Part shown: positions 28,681 through 38,105 of the stretch, in pieces | How positions within the stretch are numbered: the first letter of the stretch is position 1 | Layout of the letters: the number at the start of each line of letters is the position of its first letter | NCBI GenBank assembly: GCA_035513575.1 | Contig: DATKBW010000049.1 | Location: 39,790 to 103,789, forward strand | Length of the DNA: 64,000 bases | Source: Longimicrobiales bacterium | GTDB lineage: Bacteria > Gemmatimonadota > Gemmatimonadetes > Longimicrobiales > RSA9 | Direction of reading: 5' to 3' | Made by a program: the position numbers and the translations under genes | The notes under the pieces: model-generated | The model's database searches: none | What the model was told of the DNA's origin: nothing | The model's input: the letters and a program-made list of their open reading frames with translations, nothing else

Positions 28681-31293
28681 TCAGTGATGGAGCTCGGGCC
28701 CGCGTCGCTCCGGCGGGAGCAGGGCGCCTTCCGGGAAGGTCAGCGTGCCGTCCTCGAGGCGGGCGCCACGGAGCGCGTGCGCGAGCACCTCGCCGAGGTC
28801 CTCCGCCAGGTGAACCTTCACCTCGTCCCGGATCTCCACGGGCAGGTCTTCCAGGTCGGCCTCGTTGTCCCGGGGCAGCACCACTTCCCGGATCCCGGCG
28901 CGGAAGGCGCCCAGCACCTTCTCCTTCACACCGCCGATGGGCAGGACCCGCCCCGTCAGGGTGATCTCGCCCGTCATGGCGATGTCGTGCCGCACCGCGC
29001 GCCCGGACAGGGCGGAGACCACGGACGTGGCCATGGCCACACCCGCCGACGGGCCATCCTTCGGGACCGCTCCCGCCGGGACGTGGATATGAAGCTCCAG
29101 GTCCTCGAGGCGGTCGGCGGCGACCCCGAGGCGCCCCGCGTGGGTCTTGGTGTACGTCAGCGCCGCCCGCGCCGACTCCTTCATCACGTCGCCCAGCTGC
29201 CCGGTCAGGATCAGGCGGTCCTTCCCTTTCGACGCGCTGGCCTCGACGAACATGATGTCCCCGCCCATGGGCGTGTAGTACATCCCCGTCGCAACGCCAA
29301 CCACATCCTCCTTGGCCTTGACCTCCGGGTGGACCCGCGGCCGACCGAGGAGCGGGTGGACGTCGGACCCGTCGATCCGCAGGTGCTCCGCCGCCCCGCC
29401 CGCGATCCGCCGTGCCGCCTTCCGCGTGAGCTTCCCCAGCTCCCGCTCCAGCTGCCGGACGCCCGATTCCCGGGTGTACTCGCTGATCACCCGCTGGATC
29501 GCCGACTCCGTGACCTCCACGTCACTCTCGCGCAGCCCGCTCTCCTCCCGCTGCCGCGGGATGAGGTACCGGCGCGCGATCTCCAGCTTCTCCTGCTCGG
29601 TGTACCCCGAGAACTCCACCATCTCCATCCGGTCCAGGAGCGGCGCCGGGATGCGGTCGCGGTAGTTGGCCGTGGCGATGAACAGCACCTCCGACAGGTC
29701 GAAAGGCATCCCGAGATAGTGGTCCGTGAACGTGTTGTTCTGCGCCGGGTCCAGCACCTCGAGCAGTGCGGCGGACGGGTCGCCCTGGAGGGACGTGCCC
29801 AGCTTGTCCACCTCGTCCAGCAGGAACACCGGGTTCTTGGTCCCGGCCTGCTTCAACCCCTGGATGATCCGCCCCGGCATTGCGCCGACGTACGTGCGCC
29901 GGTGGCCCCGGATGTCCGCCTCGTCACGCGCGCCGCCCAGGGCAATGCGGACGTACTTCCGGCCCAGCGCCCGGGCGATGCTCTTCGCGATGGATGTCTT
30001 CCCCACGCCGGGGGGACCGACGAACAGCAGGATCGGGCCGCGGCCCACCGCCCGCGCCTTCGCCTTCCGCGCATCGTCCTCCTGATCCGCCACCGGCTCG
30101 GCCGGGCCACCCGCCGTGCCGTCCTCCGCCTCCCCGCCCTCGAGGTCGAAACGGTCCTGCCCCATGCCGAGGATCTCGTCGACGGGCGGCGCCGATGCCG
30201 TACCGCCCGCCTCGTCGGGACCCGGAGTCGACGGCGAAGCCGACTCCGCGTCCTCTTCGGCCCGCTCCATCTGCAGCTTGCGGACGGCCAGGAACTCGAC
30301 CACCCGGTCCTTCACGTCCTCGAGCCCGTAGTGGTCCTCGTCGAGGATCGTGGTCGCGGTGTCCAGGATGATCTTGTCCTCGGTCCGGCTGTTCCACGGC
30401 AGCTCCGTGACCCAGTCGAGATAGGTTCGGATCACCTGGTATTCTGCCGATTGGGGGTGCGTCCGGCGCAGCCGGTTCAGCTCCCGATCCGCTTCCTCCT
30501 GCGCCTCGGGCGGGAGGCCAAGGGCGTCGATCTTCTGGCGCAGCTCCTCCGCCTCGTTCTCTGCGTCCTCGTCCCCCAGCTCCTTCTGGATGGCCTTGAG
30601 CTGCTCGCGCAGCACCATCTCCCGCTGCTTCTCCCCGAGCTCCTCCTGCACCCGCTGCTGGATCTCCTGCTGTGCCTCGATCCTCACCAGGTCCCGCTCC
30701 ACCGACAGCAGCACCTGCCGCATCCGGCTCTCCACCGGCAGCATCTCCAGGAGCTCCTGCTTGTCCGGTGCGCTGAGCTCGAGATAGAAGCCCACCATGT
30801 CGGCAAACTTGCCGGGGTCTTCGATCCCCTCCACCAGTTGCTGGAGCGCCTCGTCCGGGATCCCGCGCCGCCGACCCAGCTCCACCGACCGCTCCCGGAG
30901 CTCGCGGTCCAGCGCCTTGTACGCCGGGTCCTCCGGGTCCGGCACCGGCTCCTCCTCCACCATCCGGACCACCGCCTCGAGACCCCCTTCGGAGCCTCCC
31001 TCGTATTCCAGCGCGCGCGCGCGCTGATCACCCTGGATCAGCAGCTGGAGGCCGCCCCGGACCCGCTGCGCCTGAACCACGCGCACGACCACCCCGAAAT
31101 CGTAGAGGACTTCGGGCGTCGCATCGTCCACGTTCTCCTTCTGGCACGCCGCGAACATCCGGCGGTCTCCGTTGAGCGCCTTCTGGATCGCCGCGACGGT
31201 GCCCGGGCGACCCGCGCTGATCGGCACGGCCACGCCCGGGAAAACGACCGTCTCCCGCAGCGGCAGCACCGGAAGTCTCACTCGATCACCCAT
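28681..31293 (-). CDS. lon: ATP-dependent Lon protease (LonA type) with an acidic insertion before Walker A
   Basis: 870 aa from ATG 31293 (MGDRVRLPVLPLRETVVFPG...). Walker A GPPGVGKTS, Walker B VFLLDEVDK, protease Ser KDGPSAG and the GGVKEK Lys region. The 1510-aa track ORF is a stop-free upstream extension. Confidence 0.95.
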   Translation of the reverse strand: MGDRVRLPVLPLRETVVFPGVAVPISAGRPGTVAAIQKALNGDRRMFAACQKENVDDATPEVLYDFGVVVRVVQAQRVRGGLQLLIQGDQRARALEYEGGSEGGLEAVVRMVEEEPVPDPEDPAYKALDRELRERSVELGRRRGIPDEALQQLVEGIEDPGKFADMVGFYLELSAPDKQELLEMLPVESRMRQVLLSVERDLVRIEAQQEIQQRVQEELGEKQREMVLREQLKAIQKELGDEDAENEAEELRQKIDALGLPPEAQEEADRELNRLRRTHPQSAEYQVIRTYLDWVTELPWNSRTEDKIILDTATTILDEDHYGLEDVKDRVVEFLAVRKLQMERAEEDAESASPSTPGPDEAGGTASAPPVDEILGMGQDRFDLEGGEAEDGTAGGPAEPVADQEDDARKAKARAVGRGPILLFVGPPGVGKTSIAKSIARALGRKYVRIALGGARDEADIRGHRRTYVGAMPGRIIQGLKQAGTKNPVFLLDEVDKLGTSLQGDPSAALLEVLDPAQNNTFTDHYLGMPFDLSEVLFIATANYRDRIPAPLLDRMEMVEFSGYTEQEKLEIARRYLIPRQREESGLRESDVEVTESAIQRVISEYTRESGVRQLERELGKLTRKAARRIAGGAAEHLRIDGSDVHPLLGRPRVHPEVKAKEDVVGVATGMYYTPMGGDIMFVEASASKGKDRLILTGQLGDVMKESARAALTYTKTHAGRLGVAADRLEDLELHIHVPAGAVPKDGPSAGVAMATSVVSALSGRAVRHDIAMTGEITLTGRVLPIGGVKEKVLGAFRAGIREVVLPRDNEADLEDLPVEIRDEVKVHLAEDLGEVLAHALRGARLEDGTLTFPEGALLPPERRGPELHH

Positions 31294-31629
31294 CCGCCAG
31301 CCCTTTCCCCAGCGACCACTCCCCCGGAGCGGTCTCGTCCTCGAACTTCCTCGCCAGCCCGACCCCTGCCGTTTTCGGGGGCGGGCTCGCTCCACCCAGC
31401 CTGAGAGCAGCATGCTGCTTGCCACGCCGTCCACAGACCCGCGATTTCCGCGGCTGGACGCCCCGGACGCACCGTTGATACACCCGACGCCCCCGCCCGC
31501 TCCCGCCGCCGTCCCCCGCCGGAATGGCCGCCCGGGGCGTTTCCCTGCCGTGCTGGCAGAACTCCGGCCCTCGGTTGAGCCGGCGCGTGAGAGGAGGCAT
31601 ATTCCGGGAGCGTTTCCCCCGTGAGAGCG

Positions 31630-32400
31630 ATGCCCGTGATCCTCGAGTCCGCCCGCTGGCTGCTGTCCGTGGCGCTGGTGAGCCTGTCGGCGACGGCCCC
31701 GCCCGCGCCCTGTCCGCAGGCTGCCGCGGGGACGGACACCGCGACCGTGATCCTGCTGCACGGCCTCGGGCGCACGACCCAGTCCATGCTGCCCATGGAG
31801 CGGGCGCTGGAGGGCCGGGGCTACCGGGTGGTGAACCTCGGCTATCCGTCCCGGACGCACTCGATCGCCGAGCTGGTGGATACGCTGGATCGGGCCCTGG
31901 AGGTTTGCTGTGCCGGGGGCGTGCCCGTCCACTTCGTGACCCACTCCCTGGGCGGCATCCTGGTCCGGGCCTACGCGGCGCGGCACGGCGTCGCGCGGAT
32001 CGGCCGCGTGGTGATGCTCAGCCCGCCGAACGCGGGGAGCGAGGTCGTGGATCGGCTGGACGATACCCCCGGTCTGGCGTGGCTCCTGGGCCCCGCATTC
32101 ATGCAGCTGGGGACGGACAGCACCGCTGTCCCCCGCGTCCTCGGCCCGCCGGAATTCGAGGTCGGTGTGATCACGGGCGAGGCTTCGCTGAACCCGCTGT
32201 TCTCGTGGTGGCTCCCCGGCCGCGATGATGGCAAGGTCACGGTCGAGTCCGCTCGCGTGGACGGCGCGGCCGGGTTCCTGGTCGTTCCCTACACGCACGG
32301 CTTCCTCATGCGCCGGGAGGAAGTGATCGAGCAGGTCGCCGCCTTCCTCGGGACCGGCCGGTTCGCGGATGCGGGTGAGCTCCCGGAGGTGCGACGGTGA
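31630..32400 (+). CDS. Alpha/beta-fold hydrolase (esterase/lipase-like), secreted
   Basis: Nucleophile elbow THSLGG, VILLHGLGR oxyanion region, N-terminal signal-like segment. Confidence 0.8.
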   Translation: MPVILESARWLLSVALVSLSATAPPAPCPQAAAGTDTATVILLHGLGRTTQSMLPMERALEGRGYRVVNLGYPSRTHSIAELVDTLDRALEVCCAGGVPVHFVTHSLGGILVRAYAARHGVARIGRVVMLSPPNAGSEVVDRLDDTPGLAWLLGPAFMQLGTDSTAVPRVLGPPEFEVGVITGEASLNPLFSWWLPGRDDGKVTVESARVDGAAGFLVVPYTHGFLMRREEVIEQVAAFLGTGRFADAGELPEVRR

Positions 32401-32457
32401 GCGGTTCGCGACCGCCTTCCCCTTGCGGCGCCGGGGGCGGCGCGGCAACCTCGTCGG

Positions 32458-32985
32458 ATGACCGGTGAGCTGAAGGAGCGGGGCGGCCTCGCGCGGGTCC
32501 GCGGCACGGCGTGCCCGGGTTGCGGGGCGGTCCTCCGGGACCCCCGGGTGGCGATGAGCCCCCCCATCGCGGCATCCGCAGGCTGCTGGGCAGCGTATGG
32601 CGATGTCGTCGGGCGGGAATACAGCGAGTGGGCCAACCCGCCGGTCCACCGCCTGACGGCCGCCACCTACGCGGCCCAGCATCCGGGCGAGCGGACCGAC
32701 AAGGCGGTGCTGTCGGTGGCCGTCCACCTCGTCGCGCTCCATTTCATGGTGGAGCGCGGGATCGAAGCGGGGCGGGTCCCGCGGGAGATCGGCCGTGCGG
32801 TGGCCGATCCTTCCGAGTTCCGCTGGCTGGAGCCGCCCGTCGACCCCACCTGGCAGACCATCGCGGACGTCCGCGGCGCCCGTGACGTGAAGGAGCATAC
32901 CGGCCGCGTGCACCGCTGGGCCCGGTCCGTATGGGAGGCCTGGTCCCCCCACCACGATGTCATCCGGAAGTGGTCCGGGCGATGA
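32458..32985 (+). CDS. DUF5946-like protein (CxxC N-terminus)
   Basis: 175 aa. CPGCG...AGCWAAYGDV...TYAAQHPG pattern resembles the DUF5946 family (from memory, moderate certainty). Confidence 0.5.
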   Translation: MTGELKERGGLARVRGTACPGCGAVLRDPRVAMSPPIAASAGCWAAYGDVVGREYSEWANPPVHRLTAATYAAQHPGERTDKAVLSVAVHLVALHFMVERGIEAGRVPREIGRAVADPSEFRWLEPPVDPTWQTIADVRGARDVKEHTGRVHRWARSVWEAWSPHHDVIRKWSGR

Positions 32986-33436
32986 TCGGGCGCGCCGTGT
33001 GAGCCCCCGCCTGGAGCAGAGATTTCGCCTCGGCCTCTGGGTGCTGCTGATCCTGGGGTGGGTGGTCGCGGTCTGGATGATGTGGGAGGCGCTCACGACG
33101 GTGCCCGGCGCCGAGCGGCTCGAGACCTCCCGCCTCGTCGCGATCCCCACACCGCGCACGTTCTTCGCCGCCGCCGCGTTCGCCGGCCTCGAGCTGGCCG
33201 TGGTCCTGGCCATCCTCTGGCCCTGGCGGGAGGACTTCTACGCCACCCGGCTCCTCGCCGCCGCGCTGGCCCTCGTGACGTGGTTCATCATGACCACCCC
33301 GCTCCAGCTCTCCCGCATGGACTGGGTCCATCGCCGCTGGCTGGCGGGGATGGCCATGACCGTCGCCCTGGCCCTGGTGCTCTTCCTCCTCTACCGCGGC
33401 GCACGTCGCTTCGTCCCCGAAGCGGAGGGCGGATGA
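32957..33436 (+). CDS. Hypothetical integral membrane protein (about 4 TM)
   Basis: 159 aa with four clear hydrophobic helices. Coding-like composition. Start uncertain (overlaps the previous gene by 29 nt). Confidence 0.55.
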   Translation: MSSGSGPGDDRARRVSPRLEQRFRLGLWVLLILGWVVAVWMMWEALTTVPGAERLETSRLVAIPTPRTFFAAAAFAGLELAVVLAILWPWREDFYATRLLAAALALVTWFIMTTPLQLSRMDWVHRRWLAGMAMTVALALVLFLLYRGARRFVPEAEGG

Positions 33437-33571
33437 TTGACTCACCGGTGTCCGCGACCTTCACCGGCGGCACGACCGAGCGGTCGCCCTGCCGGGGGTG
33501 TCCGGCGCGCGATTTCGCGCGCCTTGCGGCACCGCCCTTGATTCGAACGCATACGCGAGAGGAGTGAGCCG

Positions 33572-34765
33572 GTGGCGACCAGAGGGACGATCGGGATCCT
33601 GACGGGCGGTGGCGATGTGCCGGGACTCAACCCGGCGATCCGGGCGATCACGATCCGGGCGCTGAGGGAGGGGTACCGCGTCCTGGGGATCCGGAGGGGG
33701 TGGGCGGGGCTCGTGGACCTGCTCCCGGACAGCGGGGCGGACAACCGCAACAACGTCCAGGAGCTGACCGAGGAGATCGTGAATCGGGCGGGGCGTACCG
33801 GCGGCACGTTCCTGCACACCTCCCGGACGCGTCCGAGCCACCTGCCGCGTGCGGCGGTCCCGGACCACCTGCGCGACCGGTACACGGAAGAGATCAACGA
33901 CGCCACCCCGTCCGTCCTCCAGAACCTGGAGCAGCTCGGCATGGACACGGTGATCGCCATCGGTGGCGATGACACGCTCAGCTATGCGGCCCGGCTGCAC
34001 ACGGAAGGGGTGAAGGTCGTCGCGATCCCGAAGACCATGGACAACGACGTGCCGGGGACGGACTACTGCATCGGCTTCAGCACGTGCGTGACCCGCACCA
34101 TCTCGCTCACGCACGGGCTCCGGACCTCGGCCGGCTCGCACGAGCGCTTCCTGGTCATCGAAGTCTTCGGCCGCTACGCCGGGTTCACCGCGCTGCTCCC
34201 CACCATGGCCGGTGCGGCCGACCGGTGCCTCATCCCGGAGCACCCGGTCGACCTGGACCACCTGACGGAGCTCATGGTCTACGACCGCAACCGGCATCCG
34301 TCCCGCTACTCGGTCGTCCTGGTCTCCGAGGGCGCCACGATCCGGGGCGGCTCCATGAGCTTCGAGGGCGAGGAGGCCGACATGTTCGGACACCGCAAGC
34401 TCGGCGGGATCGGGGACGTGGTGTCCGAGGAGCTGAAGAACCGATCCGCGCAGTTCAACAAGGGCCATCGGGTCAACGTGGTGAACCAGCGCCTCGGATA
34501 CCTGGTACGGAGCGGCGATCCGGACGCCATGGACTCCATCGTTCCCATGGCCTTCGGGAACCTCGCCCTCGACCTGGTCCTGGCGGGGAAGTCGGGCCGT
34601 CTCGTGAGCGTCCGCAACGGGGCCTACGACAACGTCCCCATCGACGTGATCGTGGGGCGGAAGAAGGTGGTGGATGTCCACCGGCACTACAACACGGAGC
34701 GGCTCCGCCCGATCTACCATACGTTCAATCGGCAGCCGGTGTTCATCATGACGAGTGACGTGTAA
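33572..34765 (+). CDS. pfk: 6-phosphofructokinase, sequence signatures of the PPi-dependent type
   Basis: GILTGGGDVPGLN, IGGDDT (Asp at the E. coli Gly104 position) and PKTMDND (Lys at the Gly124 position). GTG start preceded by GAGAGGAG. Confidence 0.88.
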   Translation: MATRGTIGILTGGGDVPGLNPAIRAITIRALREGYRVLGIRRGWAGLVDLLPDSGADNRNNVQELTEEIVNRAGRTGGTFLHTSRTRPSHLPRAAVPDHLRDRYTEEINDATPSVLQNLEQLGMDTVIAIGGDDTLSYAARLHTEGVKVVAIPKTMDNDVPGTDYCIGFSTCVTRTISLTHGLRTSAGSHERFLVIEVFGRYAGFTALLPTMAGAADRCLIPEHPVDLDHLTELMVYDRNRHPSRYSVVLVSEGATIRGGSMSFEGEEADMFGHRKLGGIGDVVSEELKNRSAQFNKGHRVNVVNQRLGYLVRSGDPDAMDSIVPMAFGNLALDLVLAGKSGRLVSVRNGAYDNVPIDVIVGRKKVVDVHRHYNTERLRPIYHTFNRQPVFIMTSDV

Positions 34766-34774
34766 GCGACGACC

Positions 34775-36439
34775 ATGGCGACCGATCTCTTCCGCAGCAT
34801 CCGCGCTCCGCGGGGCACCGGGATCTCCTGCAAGGGGTGGCAGCAGGAGGCGGCGCTGCGGATGCTGATGAACAACCTCGATCCGGAGGTGGCCGAGCGG
34901 CCGGAGGACCTCGTCGTCTATGGCGGTACGGGGCGCGCGGCGCGGAGCTGGGAAGCGTTCGATGCGATCGTCCGTACGCTGCGGGACCTGGAGAACGACG
35001 AGACGCTCCTGGTGCAGTCGGGGAAGCCGGTGGGGGTGTTCCGGACGCACGCGTACGCTCCCCGTGTGCTGATCGCGAACAGCAACCTGGTGGGGCGCTG
35101 GGCGACCTGGGAGCATTTCCGTGAGCTCGAGCGCCAGGGGCTCATGATGTACGGCCAGATGACGGCCGGCTCCTGGATCTACATCGGGACCCAGGGGATC
35201 CTCCAGGGGACCTACGAGACGTTCGGAGCGGTCGCCCGCCAGGAGTTCGGCGGATCGCTGAAGGGCCGCTGGGTCCTCACCGGCGGCATGGGCGGGATGG
35301 GCGGCGCGCAGCCCCTCGCCGCCACCATGAACGACGGGGCGATCCTGTGCGTGGAGGTCGACCCCGATCGGATCGAGCGGCGGCTCCGCACCGGGTACTG
35401 TGACCGCATGACCCGTGACCTGGACGAGGCGCTGCGCTGGGTGACCGGGGCCTCCCGCGCGGGAGAGGCGCTGAGCGTCGGGCTGGCGGGGAACTGCGCC
35501 GAAGTGCTCCCGGAGATCGTGCGTCGCGGCCTGGTCCCCGACGTGCTGACGGACCAGACGTCCGCCCACGACGCGCTCCATGGCTACGTCCCGGCGGGGC
35601 TGTCCCTCGAGGAGGCCGACGCGCTGCGGCAGCGCGACCCGGCGGAGTACCAGCGGCGATCGATGGAGAGCATGGCCACGCACTGCCGCGCCATGGTCGA
35701 GCTGATGCGCCGCGGCGCCGTGACGTTCGATTACGGAAACAATCTCCGCGGCCAGGCGCTCGATGCCGGCTATGACGAGGCGTTTGCTTTCCCCGGCTTC
35801 GTCCCGGCCTATGTCCGGCCGCTCTTCTGCGAAGGGAAGGGGCCCTTCCGCTGGGCCGCGCTGTCCGGTGACCCGGCGGACATCCACCGCACGGACGACC
35901 TGGTCCTGGAGCTGTTCCCCGAGGACGACCACCTGCGCCGGTGGATCACCCGGGCCCGGGACAGGGTGCGGTTCCAGGGGCTCCCCAGTCGCATCTGCTG
36001 GCTCGGCCTCGGCGCCCGCGCCCGGTTCGGGATCGCCCTCAACGACCTGGTGGCGAGCGGCGAGATCAGGGCCCCCATCGTGATCGGCCGCGATCACCTG
36101 GACACGGGGTCCGTCGCGTCGCCCTTCCGCGAAACCGAGGCGATGAAGGACGGGAGCGACGCCGTCGCCGACTGGCCCATCCTGAACGCCCTCCTGAATA
36201 CGGCCAGCGGGGCCAGCTGGGTGAGCTTCCATCACGGGGGGGGCGTCGGGATCGGCAACTCCCTGCACGCCGGCCAGGTCATCGTCGCCGACGGGACGCC
36301 CGAGATGCGTGAGCGGCTCGAGCGCGTGCTGACCAACGATCCGGGGATCGGCGTCGCCCGGCACGCCGACGCGGGCTACGACGCCGCGCTGGAGACCGCG
36401 CGGCGCGAGGGCGTGCGCCTGCCCATGCGGGAGCACTGA
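34775..36439 (+). CDS. hutU: Urocanate hydratase
   Basis: 554 aa. [34 protein letters not shown]; near full-length match to the HutU pattern. Confidence 0.95.
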   Translation: MATDLFRSIRAPRGTGISCKGWQQEAALRMLMNNLDPEVAERPEDLVVYGGTGRAARSWEAFDAIVRTLRDLENDETLLVQSGKPVGVFRTHAYAPRVLIANSNLVGRWATWEHFRELERQGLMMYGQMTAGSWIYIGTQGILQGTYETFGAVARQEFGGSLKGRWVLTGGMGGMGGAQPLAATMNDGAILCVEVDPDRIERRLRTGYCDRMTRDLDEALRWVTGASRAGEALSVGLAGNCAEVLPEIVRRGLVPDVLTDQTSAHDALHGYVPAGLSLEEADALRQRDPAEYQRRSMESMATHCRAMVELMRRGAVTFDYGNNLRGQALDAGYDEAFAFPGFVPAYVRPLFCEGKGPFRWAALSGDPADIHRTDDLVLELFPEDDHLRRWITRARDRVRFQGLPSRICWLGLGARARFGIALNDLVASGEIRAPIVIGRDHLDTGSVASPFRETEAMKDGSDAVADWPILNALLNTASGASWVSFHHGGGVGIGNSLHAGQVIVADGTPEMRERLERVLTNDPGIGVARHADAGYDAALETARREGVRLPMREH

Positions 36440-36583
36440 CCGGCGTGGCCGGACCCGCGCCGCGGAGCCCGCCCCGTCCCGTTCCGGTTGACGCCGCCCG
36501 ACATCCCGGGCGACGTTGTCGCCGGTACCCTGCACGGACGCCGGCCCCCGCGCAGACCTGTGAAACGCCGACCAGGAACCGGA

Positions 36584-37240
36584 ATGACGACCGACGGATA
36601 CGAATACGACGCGCCCGAGTCCCACCCCTTCCCGACGGACCCGGACATCGAGCCGGCGGAAGAAGAAGAGAGCCCGCGGCCGACGGCGAGCCGATGGACG
36701 GACAGCATTCGCAACCGCCTGTTCCGCGCCCGGACCCTGATCATCAGCGGCGAGGTGAACCAGAAGCTGGCTTCGGAGGTGATGGGGCAGGTGCTGGCGA
36801 TGTCGGCGGAGTCGGACGAGCCCATCACGATCTTCATCAACTCCCAGGGCGGGCACGTCGAATCCGGAGACACCATCCACGACATCATCCGCTTCATCCG
36901 CTCGCCCGTGCACATGGTGGGCACGGGCTGGGTCGCCAGCGCGGGGGCGCTGATCTACGTGGCCGTCCCGCGGGAGCGGCGTTTTTCGCTGCCCAACACG
37001 CGATTCCTCCTCCACCAGCCGGCCGGCGGGACCCGCGGTACCGCATCGGACGTGGAGATCGAAGCGCGCGAGATCCTGAAGATGAGGGAGCGGTTGAACC
37101 GCGTGTTCTCCGAGCAGACGGGGCAGCCGCTGGAGCGGATCGTGGAGGACACCCACCGCAACTTCTGGCTGGGCGCGAACGAGGCGGTGGAGTACGGTCT
37201 GGTCGGCAAGATCATCCAGCATGCCGACGAGGTGAAGTAG
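36584..37240 (+). CDS. clpP: ClpP-family ATP-dependent protease proteolytic subunit with an acidic N-terminal extension
   Basis: INSQGGHVESG, catalytic Ser in GWVASAGA, His in FLLHQP. C-terminus AVEYGLVGKIIQHADEVK. Start uncertain (36488 or 36584). Confidence 0.85.
   Translation: MTTDGYEYDAPESHPFPTDPDIEPAEEEESPRPTASRWTDSIRNRLFRARTLIISGEVNQKLASEVMGQVLAMSAESDEPITIFINSQGGHVESGDTIHDIIRFIRSPVHMVGTGWVASAGALIYVAVPRERRFSLPNTRFLLHQPAGGTRGTASDVEIEAREILKMRERLNRVFSEQTGQPLERIVEDTHRNFWLGANEAVEYGLVGKIIQHADEVK
37186..37240 (+). repeat. Left copy of the 55-nt imperfect direct repeat (functional clpP 3' end)
   Basis: GGTGGAGTACGGTCTGGTCGGCAAGATCATCCAGCATGCCGACGAGGTGAAGTAG. 48/55 identical to 41196-41250 by hand alignment. 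Confidence 0.85.
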
Positions 37241-37250
37241 GGCGCCAGAG

Positions 37251-38020
37251 CTATAGGATCCCGGACCGGCGTAATGCATCGGCCAACATCCATTGCCAGC
37301 CGAGTCGGGAGCGGATGTAGCTGGGCCGTGCTCCGATGATCTCATTCAGGCGATCGCTCATGGAGGGAAGGCCGGAGAACCCGAGGGTAAAGGCGAGCTC
37401 AGCGAGCGGGCTTTTGGGATGCCGCTGGATTTCAAGTGCCACTCCGACCACGCGCAGCGCCTGGTACCACGTTTTTGGGGCCCGAGCCCGGCGCCAATGA
37501 ATGCCCGTTGCCAACGCGCGAAGGAAATTCGTCGGGCTCGGGCTAGCGCTGCCATGCTCCGGAACACGGCAGCATTTCGGGCGAAACATTTGAGCGCCGC
37601 AGCAGCATCGGGCGTCACATCGAACCCACGCCGGTGCGCCCACAGCACCGCGGCTTCTGGCCAGTCGCTGGCGTCAGTGAGCTGTCGCCTCAGCACTTCC
37701 GCGCCTGGTTCGCAAGCCCAGACGACGGTTCGCACCCCCAGTGGACGGGCGGCCGAGGCTAGAAGGGTGCCGGCCCTCCGGCCCACACAATCCACCCAGA
37801 GCGCGACGGGCGCGTTCACCACGCGTCGAGCCACTTGATCGACAACTTCCGCGACCTCCGCCGCAGAACAACCACGAGGAGGGCGGAGCGCGACGACGTT
37901 GCCTCGCGTCAGGTAGGGGGGCAGGCCACCAAGATCCACCGGACCGGTGAACCGCCCGTATGCGTCCGGATCGGCGTCCTTCACGTCGAGATCGAGCGTG
38001 TAAATCGGCAACTGGCGCAT
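37251..38020 (-). pseudogene. AraC/XylS-family HTH regulator with an unknown N-terminal domain, interrupted by a frameshift at a C4A5 run
   Basis: ORF 37358..38020 carries the N-domain and first HTH (MAALARARRISFARWQRAFIGAGLGP). ORF 37251..37643, in another frame, carries the rest (KTWYQALRVVGVALEIQ...LAELAFTLGFSGLPSMSDRLNEIIGARPSYIR). The frames meet at CCCCAAAAA (37472-37480); one extra base would fuse them. Confidence 0.6.
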
Positions 38021-38074
38021 TCCGCATCAAACCGGGGGAAGAGTCTCCCTGTGCTGGAACGCCTCGCTGAACAG

Positions 38075-38105
38075 ATGCCGCTCGGACCGAAAAGCTTACA
38101 GGAAA
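38075..38105. repeat. Copy 2 of the 31-nt intergenic motif (see 13741-13771)
   Basis: ATGCCGCTCGGACCGAAAAGCTTACAGGAAA, located in the divergent promoter region between the AraC-like gene and the propeller cassette. Confidence 0.8.

Noticed and set aside
31294-33213. 640-codon upstream extension of the Lon ORF (track ORF 28681..33213, 1510 aa)
   Set aside because: Lon similarity starts exactly at MGDRVRLPVLPL (ATG 31293). The extension is Arg/Pro/Gly junk and is antisense to the alpha/beta hydrolase, DUF5946-like and membrane-protein genes.
33461-37345. 1294-aa minus-strand ORF. Similar long ORFs occur at 28471..31404 (+), 7344..9629 (-), 16820..18949 (-), 5160..6515 (-), 58140..60008 (-) and 42052..44460 (+, upstream part).
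   Set aside because: All are antisense or off-frame to genes with strong family signatures (pfk, hutU, clpP, lon, nrfA, addA, USP, DUF885, ftcD). All have biased Arg/Pro/Gly/His composition without motifs.
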